Shown here: one piece after another, positions 35,053 to 46,300 of the stretch
Layout: every line of letters begins with the position of its first letter
Numbering within the stretch: position 1 is the stretch's first letter
Source: Diplonema japonicum
Lineage: Eukaryota; Protista; Euglenozoa: Diplonemea
Length of the DNA: 64,000 nt
Direction of reading: 5' to 3'
NCBI GenBank assembly: GCA_964019335.1
Contig: OZ025667.1
Location: forward strand, 248,001-312,000
Position numbers and translations under genes: made by a program
The notes under the pieces: model-generated
Seen by the model: only the letters and a program-made list of their open reading frames with translations
Databases searched by the model: none
What the model was told of the DNA's origin: nothing

Positions 35053-35634
35053 TTACCTAGTTTATTGCTTGTGGATGTCCCAAATCATGGGTTTCTTTTT
35101 TACCTCTTATATTTCTTGTTTACACCTCAATGTTATCCCTAGCTCTAACTCACTGAAACTTAAAAAGAAAAATACGATTTTAAAAGCAGTGGATTATGAC
35201 ATTGCTCTTTAATTATTCGTCCCTGTATTCGCTCCTGGTCTTTTAGTACCACACATCTAGCTTTTATCTCTTTCTCCCATCTCACGGTTCCATGTATACA
35301 GAATTGCGTGTTTTTTTTTTCCCCTTTTTTATGAGAAATGAAGTTCCTTTTCTCAGTGACAAAAACAACCTTTTCACCTTGTGGAACTGTGAAGGTCGGC
35401 GTGTGTTATACGCCGCTGATAAAAAGTAGGGTCCCCTTTAACAACTACGACTTGTCTTTACAAAAGGGGGGGATGGTGGCAACGTGTTTCGGGTTCTGAA
35501 CCCACCCGACACTAGCAAAGCCGAAGGTAAGTCGTTTCTATTCTTCCTCTTCTCATCATAATGTCTTTCTTTGTTTCAACAAGAGAGCTGTCCCAATGCT
35601 ATCCACCGTACCACAGATCTGTCAGTACCAATAA

Positions 35635-36246
35635 ATGACATACGAGTCGATTCAACAGCCTCAGGCAGGTGGACAGGGCCTTGTGATCCGCTCAGGCGAC
35701 TACGACAAAGCATGCATCGGATCATGCATCTGCCCTCTCTGCGGTGTGTGTGGGACGTACATGTGCTGTGCGACGCCAAGCGGGAAGCATGGGATGGCAC
35801 AGGGTGCGAAGATCGGTCTGGCCGTCGCCTCGCTCTTCACCTTCATTGTTGCGATCCTCGTTGTCAGCAAGGCTGTGACGTGCAAGGATGCGATGACAGG
35901 GACGAACACCGGTTATGATGATTGTGTTGACATTTCTGGTGCCGTGTGGAACGCCACGTCTGAGGAGTGCAACTTCAATGGGAACTGCCCCAGCAAGTAT
36001 TCCTTTCGGAACACCACAAAGGACGGTGTCCTTGGGTGGTGTGAGTCCACTGACCACTGGACCTGTCTCGGGCAGCAGTCCAAGGTCCAGCCGTGGGTCA
36101 CCACAGCCATTTACATCATCCTCTCTCTTGTCGCAGCTCACTTTGCGAAGAAGTTTTACGAGGAGAGGGTTGCCGCCAGCAACCAAGGGCCAGCTGTTGA
36201 AGTTTATGGTACACCTGTGCAACCAGCTTATGAGCAGCGGGTCTAA
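35635..36246 (+). CDS. Cys-rich membrane protein, tandem family copy 2
   Basis: Core near-identical to copy 1 at DNA level, with a different N-terminus. Confidence 0.8.
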   Translation: MTYESIQQPQAGGQGLVIRSGDYDKACIGSCICPLCGVCGTYMCCATPSGKHGMAQGAKIGLAVASLFTFIVAILVVSKAVTCKDAMTGTNTGYDDCVDISGAVWNATSEECNFNGNCPSKYSFRNTTKDGVLGWCESTDHWTCLGQQSKVQPWVTTAIYIILSLVAAHFAKKFYEERVAASNQGPAVEVYGTPVQPAYEQRV

Positions 36247-36687
36247 GCAAGGTTTTTATGTTTCACCCATCCGCACACCGAAATTTATCAGATTTTATTT
36301 ACTCCTATCTTGAACCTGAGCTCTCTCCTTACCTTTACCCTACACAAGGGTGGCAGCTGTGTCAAACACTGCACTTCCCCATAAAGAAGGGAGAAGGGGG
36401 GTAGATAAGTAGAGACGAGGGGGACGTTCCAAAAAAAAAAAAAAAAACAGGGACCTCCTTTATCTCATCTCTGTCTTATTTTATCCTCTCACTATGTTCT
36501 CTCCAATGTTACCCCTAGCCTTCACTTTCTTGCCGGTAGCCAGGCACGCACACCACACCGATGCTCCCCCGTAATGTCCGTTTGACTCAATGATTTCCAG
36601 CGCGCTCTAGGCCTTTGTGGGCATACAGAACAGCGCCGGTAGTCATATGGAAGAGCGAATTGTATGGACAAAAAATAAATCGTTGGA

Positions 36688-37017
36688 AGCATGCCCACGG
36701 CAAAACGCAAGCTTTTCTTCTCAATTTCTTCTTGCTTCCCCGTTCTCTACTTTATGCAGCTTGTGCCGAGTAAGAAATGGATCAGCTTTGTTTTCTCTTC
36801 ACTTCAATGGGAACTGCTGGTGTCCTTGGGTGGTGTGAGTCCACTGACCACTGGACCTGTCTCGGGCAGTCGTGATGGCCATTTACATTGTCATCTCTCT
36901 TGTCGCTGCATGTTATGTAAAGAGTTTTACGAGGAGAGAGCAGCCGCTAGACGTCAAGAGGCAACTTCACCTGTTCAAGGCACACCTGTGCAGCCTGCTA
37001 TGCTCAGCAGGTCTAGA
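36688..37017 (+). pseudogene. Deleted/frameshifted copy 3 of the Cys-rich membrane family
   Basis: Blocks CTTCAATGGGAACTGC, GGTGTCCTT..TGAGTCCACTGACCACTGGACCTGTCTCGGGCAG and ACACCTGTGCAGCC..CAGCAGGTCTAG match the family, with deletions between them. Confidence 0.8.
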
Positions 37018-37152
37018 TGCAGGTTTGTCGGGTAAAGGAAAGCAAAGTTTCCCCCCCCTTCTTAATTCCTGTTTTTTTTTCCCTCCCATTTTTTTGTGTT
37101 GTTACATTGCATTGCCGCACAACAAAAAGGTTTTTTATTAAACCGTTCAAAG

Positions 37153-37797
37153 ATGACGATCGAGAGCTCTGTTCAGCCTCAAGCAGTGGTACCTCTGCCC
37201 ATTGCCACCAACAGCGAAGATGTGAAGTTTGAAATATATGCAGAAGACTACACAAAGGCGTGCGTGGGGTCTGCAATCTGCCCCTTCTTCGGTGTGTGCG
37301 CTACCTTTGTATGCTGTTCCACGCCAAGCGGAAAACATGGGATGGCACAAGGGACTAAATACGGATTTTTTGTAGTCGCGCTCTTTACCTTCCTCATTGC
37401 CATTTTGGTGACCAGCAAGGCTGTGACGTGCAAGGACCCGATGACAGGGAAAAACACCAAAGAGAAGCCTTGCCTTGATGTAAAGAATGCGGTGTGGAAC
37501 AGCACGTCTAACGAGTGTGACTTCAATGGGAACTGCCCCAGCAAGTATTCCTTTCAGAACACCATGAAGGACGGTGTCCTTGGGTGGTGTAAGTCCACTG
37601 ACCACTGGACCTGTCTCGGGCAGCAGTCCAAGGTCCAGCCGTGGGTCACAGGAGTCATCTACGCAGTGCTCTGCTTCGTCGCAGCTCACTTCTCAAAACG
37701 ATACCACGAAGCGAGGCTCATCGCCATCATGAACTCCGACCAAGCACAGCCCATGTACGGCACACCTGTGCAACCAGCTTATGAGCAACAGGTTTAG
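37153..37797 (+). CDS. Cys-rich membrane protein, divergent copy 4
   Basis: Same Cys pattern and YGTPVQPAYEQQV tail. Diverged except for a near-identical patch at about 37517-37649. Confidence 0.8.
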   Translation: MTIESSVQPQAVVPLPIATNSEDVKFEIYAEDYTKACVGSAICPFFGVCATFVCCSTPSGKHGMAQGTKYGFFVVALFTFLIAILVTSKAVTCKDPMTGKNTKEKPCLDVKNAVWNSTSNECDFNGNCPSKYSFQNTMKDGVLGWCKSTDHWTCLGQQSKVQPWVTGVIYAVLCFVAAHFSKRYHEARLIAIMNSDQAQPMYGTPVQPAYEQQV

Positions 37798-38190
37798 GGA
37801 GATTGTGGCTCCTATTTTCTTATCGTGCCTTCTAACTTGGTTTTTTTTTTTTTTTTTTTTAATGGAATTGAAAGCCGACTACAAGCGAGACCGCATCGCA
37901 CGACTCCGCAAGACGCTCACGGCCTCAATCAGGATGAAAGCAATGCTCCAGAAGGGGAGTATTAACAGATAGACCCCCCCCTCCCATAGGGCGGCCCTCT
38001 AGCGGGGGGCTTGTCCTGTACTTTTTTTTTTTTGCCCTTTCCACGATGGTTTCAATACCTTAATTATAGGGGAACGGCAGATGTTTTCTTTGCTCCTCTT
38101 GGTAAGGAAATACGTGTCCCCCTCCCCCATTGGGGGATCTTTTTGTTCTATTTCTTTATCCACTTACCCCCCCCCCCCCCCCCCCCCCCA

Positions 38191-38276
38191 GGCTATACTG
38201 GCAAGAAACAGAGAAACGTTTCCGTTTCCTTATTTTCAAAAGAATCCTTGGAAGCGCGTTTCTTGCCAGCATAGCC
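38191..38276. mobile_element. ~90-bp hairpin/MITE-like element, copy A
   Basis: Arms GGCTATACTGGCAAGAAAC (38191-38209) and GTTTCTTGCCAGCATAGCC (38258-38276) are 18/19 complementary. Preceded by a C-run. Homologous copy at 61401. Confidence 0.7.
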
Positions 38277-38282
38277 CTAACC

Positions 38283-39709
38283 GGGGGGGTCACCACCCCT
38301 AAAAAAGCTCGAAATTCGTGTTTTTCGGGAAACGCACTTCCGGACAAATTGTACCCGAAAATTACTAGAAAAAACAACTTTCCGCCGCTATTTGGGGGTA
38401 TAGTGGACTTGTACGTGACGTATTCACAATTTTGAGCGGTACCATCCCCAGAGTCATCAGAAGGAGCAGCAAGCGGGTCAAAGTCGTCCTACATGTCCAA
38501 GAGCCCACGCAGCTCTGGTGTCGTCTCGCCCCCTTTGGTGTCCAACTTGCGATCATCAGCCAGTTTTTTGAGGTCATGTTTTAGCTTACTTGGTTACTAG
38601 GTCATGCTGTGCAGTTGTGCCCTCTTGCGCACAGCGTAGATCTGTGCATATATCCGTCCTTGGCACTCCACTGTCAATGTACTATGGAAGGAGATTACTT
38701 CCTCATCAATGGGAACGGGAGTACCGTCTCAAGCAGCACACGCCCGCGCATTTTGTTTCGCGATAGCAACAACTCGAGAGGGGCGGACTCCTGGTACTAT
38801 CGAAATAAGAAAGCTGTAGTACCCGTTCACTCCCTCCAACCAGTCGTTGGTCGCAGCAAGCCCCTCAAGTTCTTAACAGTCTGCTTCCTTCCTCTGCGGG
38901 TTTCTGCACCAGGAGCAACAGCCGAGATAATGCTGCTCAGCAAAGCACCACAACTTCCAATCCCGACCCCGAGCCCCCGGATCATCGCAAGTGCATGCAG
39001 CTGAACACAGCACTTTCTGGAGCTTCACTACTTTCTTCCTCAGAGCTCTGTTCCGGGCCCACAGCCTCTAGTACGACTTGACGGACAGGGTTCCCCTGTT
39101 TGTGGGGTCATCATTGTCTTCACCATCTTCGATGTCGTCTTCATCGTCGGTGCTGTCGTCATCACTGCCTTAAGAAGGGAACATGTTCAGTTCACTTCAT
39201 CATCGTGGGTGTCTTCATTAGATTCGTCACTGTCGCCTGGCACTTCGTGTATCTCTGAGAACGTTCCGACGGCATGGGCCTTTAGCAGCTTTTGCAGGGC
39301 GACGAATGTAGCGACTTTCCTCTGCAAGCGACGTGTTAAGGTCCACCAAACCTGACCTTTCTAGCAACGTCCAGTACCCGGATAGCACCCCAGCGGCACT
39401 GGTGTATCCCTGTTATCGTCCTACAACTTCGCAAGTCTTTGTGTGGTCACCTCGCACTACTGACCCCCACCTACCGCTCTGAAGGCGAGAGAGGAACTGC
39501 CCCGCAGCCCTGAAGGCTAGACGCGACTTACAGTGTGCCCTGCCCCGTTGCTCTGTTGAGGGTTGCCTTTGGGTGACAGGTACCGGTTATGTCATAAAAA
39601 AATAAAATGGCGTTTTAGGGTATCCAACTTGCAAATTTCGTCGAATGTGTCACAAATGTGCAAGATTTAATTTTGGCCCAATTTCGACCCCCTTTGACCC
39701 CCCCCCCCC
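38283..39709. mobile_element. Composite insertion with imperfect terminal inverted repeats carrying a decayed ORF
   Basis: GGGGGGGTCA..TCGAAATT at the left end versus AATTTCGA..TGACCCCCCC at the right end. The inner segment is bracketed by GGTACC (38438-38443, 39579-39584). Interrupts the tandem array. Confidence 0.4.
38440..39450 (-). pseudogene. Decayed minus-strand ORF with acidic tracts, a Cys-rich segment and a SAP-like motif
   Basis: Hand translation gives GSDDDSTDDEDDIEDGEDNDD..RNRALRKKVVKLQKVL..SKLKHDLKKLADDRKLDTKGGETTPELRGLLD in one frame (39169 to about 38440), with six in-frame stops. Confidence 0.4.
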
Positions 39710-39913
39710 AGCAGGTGGTCATGCACCTTCTACCCTTCGATTTGTTTAACATGCTGCCTGCCTTTTCTCTCTCTTCCTAACTCGTAACTTGTGATTCGCT
39801 CAGTTTCATGCTGTTGCCTCTGATAACAAGGCTACTAGGCTTATTTAGTATTTTAATGGTTTCCAGTGCTCTCACTTATTTACAGGGTCATATTATTTTC
39901 ACATTTTTCGAAG

Positions 39914-40597
39914 ATGGCAGTTGAAACCGTTCAGCAGACTGCTTACCCTCAGAGCAGTGCGCCACCTGCGGCACAGGGCTACGCCCCGCAGGACAACACC
40001 ACACTTGTCCCTGTCCCTGTTAGGCAGGAGCTCGTGATCCGCTCAGGCGACTACGACAAAGCATGCATCGGGTCATGCATCTGCCCTCTCTGCGGTGTGT
40101 GTGGGACGTACATGTGCTGTGCGACGCCAAGCGGGAAGCATGGGATGGCACAGGGTGCGAAGATCGGTCTGGCCGTCGCCTCGCTCTTCACCTTCATTGT
40201 TGCGATCCTCGTTGTCAGCAAGGCTGTGACGTGCAAGGATGCGATGACAGGGACGAACACCGATTATGATGATTGTGTTGACATTTCTGGTGCCGTGTGG
40301 AACGCCACGTCTGAGGAGTGCAACTTCAATGGGAACTGCCCCAGCAAGTATTCCTTTCAGAACACCACAAAGGACGGTGTCCTTGGGTGGTGTGAGTCCA
40401 CTGACCACTGGACCTGTCTCGGGCAGCAGTCCAAGGTCCAGCCGTGGGTCACCACAGCCATTTACATCATCCTCTCTCTTGTCGCAGCTCACTTTGCGAA
40501 GAAGTTTTACGAGGAGAGGGTTGCCGCCAGCAACCAGGGGCCAGCTATTCCAGTTTATGGTACACCTGTGCAACCAGCTTATGCTCAGCAGGTCTAG
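39914..40597 (+). CDS. Cys-rich membrane protein, tandem family copy 5
   Basis: Core near-identical to copies 1 and 2, with a unique P/Q-rich N-terminus. Confidence 0.8.
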   Translation: MAVETVQQTAYPQSSAPPAAQGYAPQDNTTLVPVPVRQELVIRSGDYDKACIGSCICPLCGVCGTYMCCATPSGKHGMAQGAKIGLAVASLFTFIVAILVVSKAVTCKDAMTGTNTDYDDCVDISGAVWNATSEECNFNGNCPSKYSFQNTTKDGVLGWCESTDHWTCLGQQSKVQPWVTTAIYIILSLVAAHFAKKFYEERVAASNQGPAIPVYGTPVQPAYAQQV

Positions 40598-40914
40598 ACC
40601 GATACAATATCAGCTGTTCCACGCACTCGCTCAAGATATTCGTTCAATTAAACTCTAACTTTGCTCTCTACCTTTACGGGTCTTGCTCGAATTGCGCGCA
40701 ACGCTCCCCTTACTGCGATGACTACATGACCCTTCAGCACCTCGTATCGAAATTGTTTTCGAATATGCAAGGCTGAGGGATGTGCTGTCACTCGCTGATG
40801 AACAGGGAACCACTCCCTAGCCCCAGTTCTCGAACCGCTGAGCGAGAAACCATGCCCGCCAGGGCCAACAAACGCCGCTTTCCGCTTCCGAATGCTGTTC
40901 GACGTTAGTGTTTA

Positions 40915-41050
40915 TTTTTTCAAGGGCGGCCCTCCAGAACGGAGTCCTGCACTTTGAGCTTTTTTTTCCTGCAATCAAGTAGACAAGGGCGCACTGGTCT
41001 CCTTTATCTCATTGTTTCAAGGAGGGCTTCTCACAAAGACCTCCTTCAAC
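40915..41050. repeat. Dispersed repeat sharing blocks with 60428-60660
   Basis: T-run+AAGGGCGGCCCT..GCACTTTGAG and TCTCACAAAGACYTCCTT blocks recur at 60428-60460 and 60614-60656. Confidence 0.65.
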
Positions 41051-41187
41051 ACATTCTTTTTTGGCAACAGGGACGGTGGGAATTGGTAAGTTGGCAGCAA
41101 GATATAGGGTGTTATTGTTCGTTCTTTTTCTTTTTTTAAAAGTCTCCTTTTGAGGTTGCACGCGCAGGAAAGAAGAAAAGCAGAAAA

Positions 41188-43309
41188 ATGCAGAGCAAGA
41201 ACCCCGCAGCAGAACAGAAGCCAGGTGAAGGTAACAAGAAGCCCGCTCCGAATGACCAGGTAGATGGTGAGATGGCACCATTTCTGCGGGCTGCAGCGTC
41301 GCTATACACAAAGGGGATGAACATCGACCAAATGCACGGGTTGGTGAGCGAGCAACAGTCAGCTCTTCTGAAGGGGTTCGACGACTTCATGAAAGCTGCA
41401 AGGGAAGGAGCGTTGCTGAGTGATGAGCGAGGGGAAGATTGGAAAAAGAAGGGGAACGACTCTTTCAAAAGGAAGAACTACGATGAGGCAGTTCTGTGCT
41501 ACACACGAGCCGTGCACGACATCAAGGATCCTTCGAAGCAGAGTATCATCTACACCAACAGGGCAACGTGCCTCCACAACATGGAGCTCTACAACTATGC
41601 ACTGTGCGACGCTGACAGAGCAGTCCGCCTCAACTCCACATACCTCAAAGCATACTACCGACGAGGCAAAGCCCTTCTGGCAATGGGCAAACCTCAAGGC
41701 GAGCGGGACGTGCAGCACTCCGAGGACAACAGTGGTGACCCCACGGAGCAGTCTTTCATCGACGAACTTCTGGAGGCCGCCAAGGACAGCAGATCGCAGC
41801 CACGCCAGGCGCAGTACCACCCTTCCATCGAAAAGGTAGTAACCCCCGACAAAGGACGTAAGATAGTGGCTAAGAAGCAGATCAAAGAAGGTGAAGTGCT
41901 AATGGCCGAGGATGCTTTCTGTGCTGTTTTGAGAAACGAGCACCTGCTGACCCACTGCGACTGGTGCCTGCAGCACACCCCCAACTTGTACCCTTCGCAG
42001 GAGTACCGCGAGAACAGCCCGCTTAGGAGCAGAGGTTTGTACTGCACTGCTGCGTGCTCAAAGCTTGCCTGGGATTCCTATGGCACGGTGGAGTCGAAGC
42101 ACCCGTTCTTCTTGGTGTGCCCGATCGACGTGTTAATTGCTTTTAGGGCTGCTCTTTGCAAGGAGTCAAGACCGGGGCTTGACAGGACGGTTGACCAAGA
42201 CTACATGAAGTCCTTGGAGGGGCACACAAGAGAGACGGAGGAGACCCTCCCCGTGGGAGGGGGCGAGACGTCGGCAGCCATGCTGGGGTACCATTCGGGG
42301 GCCGTTATGCTGTTGGCTCTTGAATGTGGTGCCGGAACTGACGGCCACGTTAGTGTGCCTGAATTGTGGATCTACGCAGAAAAAGTGAAGAGGTACATGC
42401 AGCAGGTCATCACCAATGGCATTGGGATCACGAAGATACTGACTGTGAGCGGGAGAAAACAGCCTGGTATCCACTCAATGGAGCAGCGAAAGGTGGCGAC
42501 TGCCCTGTTCCCCTGCACTAGCCTTGTGAACCATTCTTGCGAACCCAATGCATTCCTCCACTTTGAGGGCGGACCGCACACGGCATTCAGACGAGTAAAC
42601 CTGCGAATCACACGCTACGTGGATGCAGGTGAGGAGGTGTGCATCTCGTATGGTGTGCACAAGAACAAGATCCACTCTGTGAAGAACAGGAGGGAGGCTT
42701 TGCAAAAGGAGTACAACTTCCTGTGCCATTGCGAAGCGTGCAAAACAGAGAAAGATGAGAGGGTATGCAACAGCAGCGAACGAACCCACACTTCCACAGG
42801 TGACGGAAGAAAAGCAAGAGTTCATGGTGTCGGCGTCGACTTACTACCAGAAGGGGCGCAGGATGATGAGGGAGAACAGGCACGGCGATGTATGCAATCT
42901 ACACAACATACACATCACATCATTTAAACAGGCAATTCCAGCGCTGCAAGCGTCGCTCGACGTACTCTTGAATAAGGTTTTTATCGGCAAGCACCGCACG
43001 TCCTTTGTAGTGGGCAAGACTCAGGACTCTCTTGCCGAGTGCTACGCGGCAGTCGGAGACTATAAAGCAGCACAAATCCACTGCAGAGACTCCCTTGAGT
43101 CAACCATCTATGTGCACGGGGCTAATGAAATTGAAGTAGCCTACGAGCACCTCAAGCTGTGCGGGCTGGCCGTGACATGCAACGACCTCCCAACAGCCAA
43201 CGAGAACCTCAAGAAGGCTGAGGCCATCTTCTCAAACTACTACGGGCCCACTCCCATGCCAGAGGTGGAGGAGTGCAGAGAAGCCATCGAGAACATAACA
43301 CCGAAGTAA
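41188..43309 (+). CDS. SMYD4-like lysine methyltransferase (TPR - SET/degenerate MYND - post-SET - TPR); introns 42763-42799 and 42890-42931
   Basis: KKKGNDSF..YTNRA TPRs, KGRKIVAK, CDWC..YCTAAC, LVNHSCEPN, EEVCISYG and FLCHCEAC. Confidence 0.88.
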
Positions 43310-43392
43310 CTAACTAACATCAGAGTGTTCCCTAGCAAGTAGTAAATAGGAATGAATATTAAGCTTATCTACTACCACCACAGGTTGCTACC

Positions 43393-46300
43393 ATGTCGTT
43401 GCCGGGGGTCAAGCCATCGAACTGGCCCACAAGTAAATATGTGCGAGAGCCTGACTGCCCGTCATGGATGCCAAGAGACGCCTTCGAGAGTGCCAAAGGG
43501 GATCCTGAGAAGCTGCTGGAACTGTGTCATCAGAAGATACAAACATCCCAGCGTACATTGGACACAACACGTAAGATGACAGAGGCCCTCCACCAGGACC
43601 CGCAGTACCAGTACGCACATGCCGTGCAGCAGTTTGAAGAGCTGAGAAAGGAGCACCTGCAGCTGAACGACTCGTACAACGATCTGGAGACCATCAACGA
43701 GACTGTACAGGAGGTTGTGGAGGTTTTGCGCGCTGATAAGCACCAGCTGCTGACGGAGCTTAACGAGATCAAAAGGGAGATCTCGATACAGTCCATCGAA
43801 AACACGAAGTTGGCTTTGAAGGAGAAGGAAGCAATAGCTTTCCAGGAGGGACTCACGAAGAAGTTGGATGGACAGGACGCGCAAGTGAGGCAGCTGGATG
43901 ACGAGTTACGGGATTACTCTAATTCACAGGTGCAGATTAACAACGAGATCGCATCCTTGGAGGGTGCAGGGCACAACCTTAGCTTACAGGCAGCGTCTCT
44001 GTCGGAGCTCCGGAACCATCTGGACGGGACACGGCTGCATCAGGAGGAGGCAATCAGGGCGCTCGAGAGTGAGATCGAACACAAGGTGCAGGAGGTCAAT
44101 GCCCATGACGAGCAGCTGTGGGACTTCAAGCGCGACATGTCCGCAAGGATTCTGGCGCTCCAACGAAAAGTGCAGGCTGCCAACGATGAGCTAGCCCGTC
44201 TGCGCAGGCTCTCTGAACACGAGATGAACACGCTGTCGCACCAGAACCGGGCCCTAAACGACGAGCTCAAGAACAGGTCGGATGGCCTGTATGCCACGCG
44301 AAAGGAGATGAACGAATTCTCGAGCTCCGCGAACCGTGAAGTCAACATCAAAAAGGAAGAAATCCAGCAATGCTTGTCCATCGTCGATCTTGTAGAACGG
44401 CAGAACGCTGGTCTCGAGGCGTCCATTGCCAGGATGCTGGAGCAGAACAGAGTGTCGGAGAATCAGATACAAGAGAAAGACAACATCAACAACAAGAACC
44501 TCATCGAACAAGCGAATTTCATTGCTATGGTGCATATGGAACTGCAGACAGTTCGTGAGGACTTGTACATGATTAAGAGCAGGCTGTGCCACCACTGCAG
44601 GGACCGCCTCCTTGCACATGAGATGCTTGATGACGAGGCAGAAGAGTTAGCCAGGTTGCATGAGCCCCCCATGTCACAAGCTGTTGCTCCAGTAGTGCAG
44701 CATCCCAACCAGCTAACACAACCCCCCGTATCGTCACAGCAACCTTTGACACAAATGTCGCCACAAGAAGAGGTCGAAAAGTTGAGAGTGCAAGACGAGC
44801 TTTCAAAGGCACATGAGGCACTTGAGGCTTTGAACAGACAGCTTTTAGAGGAGAGAGAACAGAGAGCTAGGGAGAGGCGAGAGGAAGAAGACGCTCGTTT
44901 GCAGGAGGAAGATGACCGTCTCAGCAGGCAGCAGGAGGAGGAGCTGCGGAAGAGGAGGAACGACGAGGACGAGAAGCGCAAGCAGGCTGGCGACGAATTG
45001 AAGACGTTCACGATTCGCTTCATGAACGGGACGAGGAAGAAGGTCGACGCCTTCATGACCGACACCGTGCAGGACCTGATCGACAGGGTGTGCAGCAAGG
45101 TGGGGCTGCGCCCGAGTGAGATGTTCTACATCGCGCACTCCGTGAATGAGAACTCGGTGCTGGGCATGGTCGACAGATTCCTTGACAGGGTATGTGGTTA
45201 CCTATGTATTATTAAAAAACTACACTGCAGTCTAAAACGCTGTACGAGGAGGGCATCAACACGAAGTGCAACTTGCTCTTCAAGTTTAAGCACTATAAGC
45301 GTGTCATCCGCTGGGCCGACACCAATGCACAGGTATGCTGGATTGCATCGCAACAACTCACCCAGGACCGCTTCTTCCAACAAGTGCATCAGAACATTGT
45401 CAGTGAGTACTACCCCACGCCCGAGAAGCTTGCTGTGGCTCTTGCTGGCTACGAGCTCCAAACTGTCTTCGGTGACGCTACTGGTAAGAAGCGCCACAGC
45501 TACTTCGACAAGGTTGGCCTGGATGCCTATTTGCCTGTCAGCGTGACACCGCTAGGCTATGAGTACTGGCAAGAGAGGCTGTTCAGAAACCACAAGAGAA
45601 GGAAGGGGATGAGCCCGACGGACGCACGCAACAAGTACATCGACACTTTGAGGCAAGCAGGATCGCACTGGGGAATGACTTATTTCGATATCAGAGACAA
45701 GGAGAACAGGCCTTTCGTCGCTGGTATTGCTGAGGACGGTCTACATGTCTTGTCGTCTGACAAGCGCGTGCTCATACAGTCCCTGAAGTTCATGCACGGC
45801 CCTAACCAGCTGGCAGGATGGGAAAAGTCGAGCACAGGTATCTTCGTGAAGAAGAGGGACTCGAAGTTTATGACGCTGTACGCCTCGTCGAAGCTACAGT
45901 CTGAAGAGATGCACAACCTTCTCTCTGAGTACTACCTCATGCTTCCCCGTGAAGTGCAGCAGGCCCTTGGTGTTGAGATCCCTGACAGGGACGCCTTAAC
46001 GCAGGGGCTCCTACCACCCGAGACGTTCCTGCCACCGCTTGACAACAGGATGGTGCCTGTGGAGTTTGAGTCAGCCGCCGAGTATTTGAAGACGATCTAC
46101 CTGGAGCAAATCTTCAGCCCTGATGATGTGGAGAACAGGCCGGAGCCTGTTCTAAAGTTTATCAATGAGGTTGACGATGCACTTGACGAGGGGCACCCGC
46201 TCAGTTCCATGGATCTCAGCTTGGCGGGAATGCGTGACTCTGATTGGGCTATGGTATGCTTCATAATAGCAACAAGTTTCAAACAGCTCGCCGAGCTCAT

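Noticed and set aside
35174-35187. ACGATTTTAAAAGC resembles the 5' half of a diplonemid spliced leader as I recall it
   Set aside because: A short AT-rich match that lacks the conserved GTTTCTGTAC core and donor.
38275-38282. CCCTAACC telomere-like unit
   Set aside because: A single unit with no array.
38440-39170. Alternative genetic code to explain in-frame stops here and at 61823
   Set aside because: Host genes terminate normally with TAA, TAG and TGA and have no internal stops.
40795-40850. CTGATGA..GAAAC as a hammerhead ribozyme
   Set aside because: GAAA does not follow stem II directly, and stems I and III cannot be formed convincingly.
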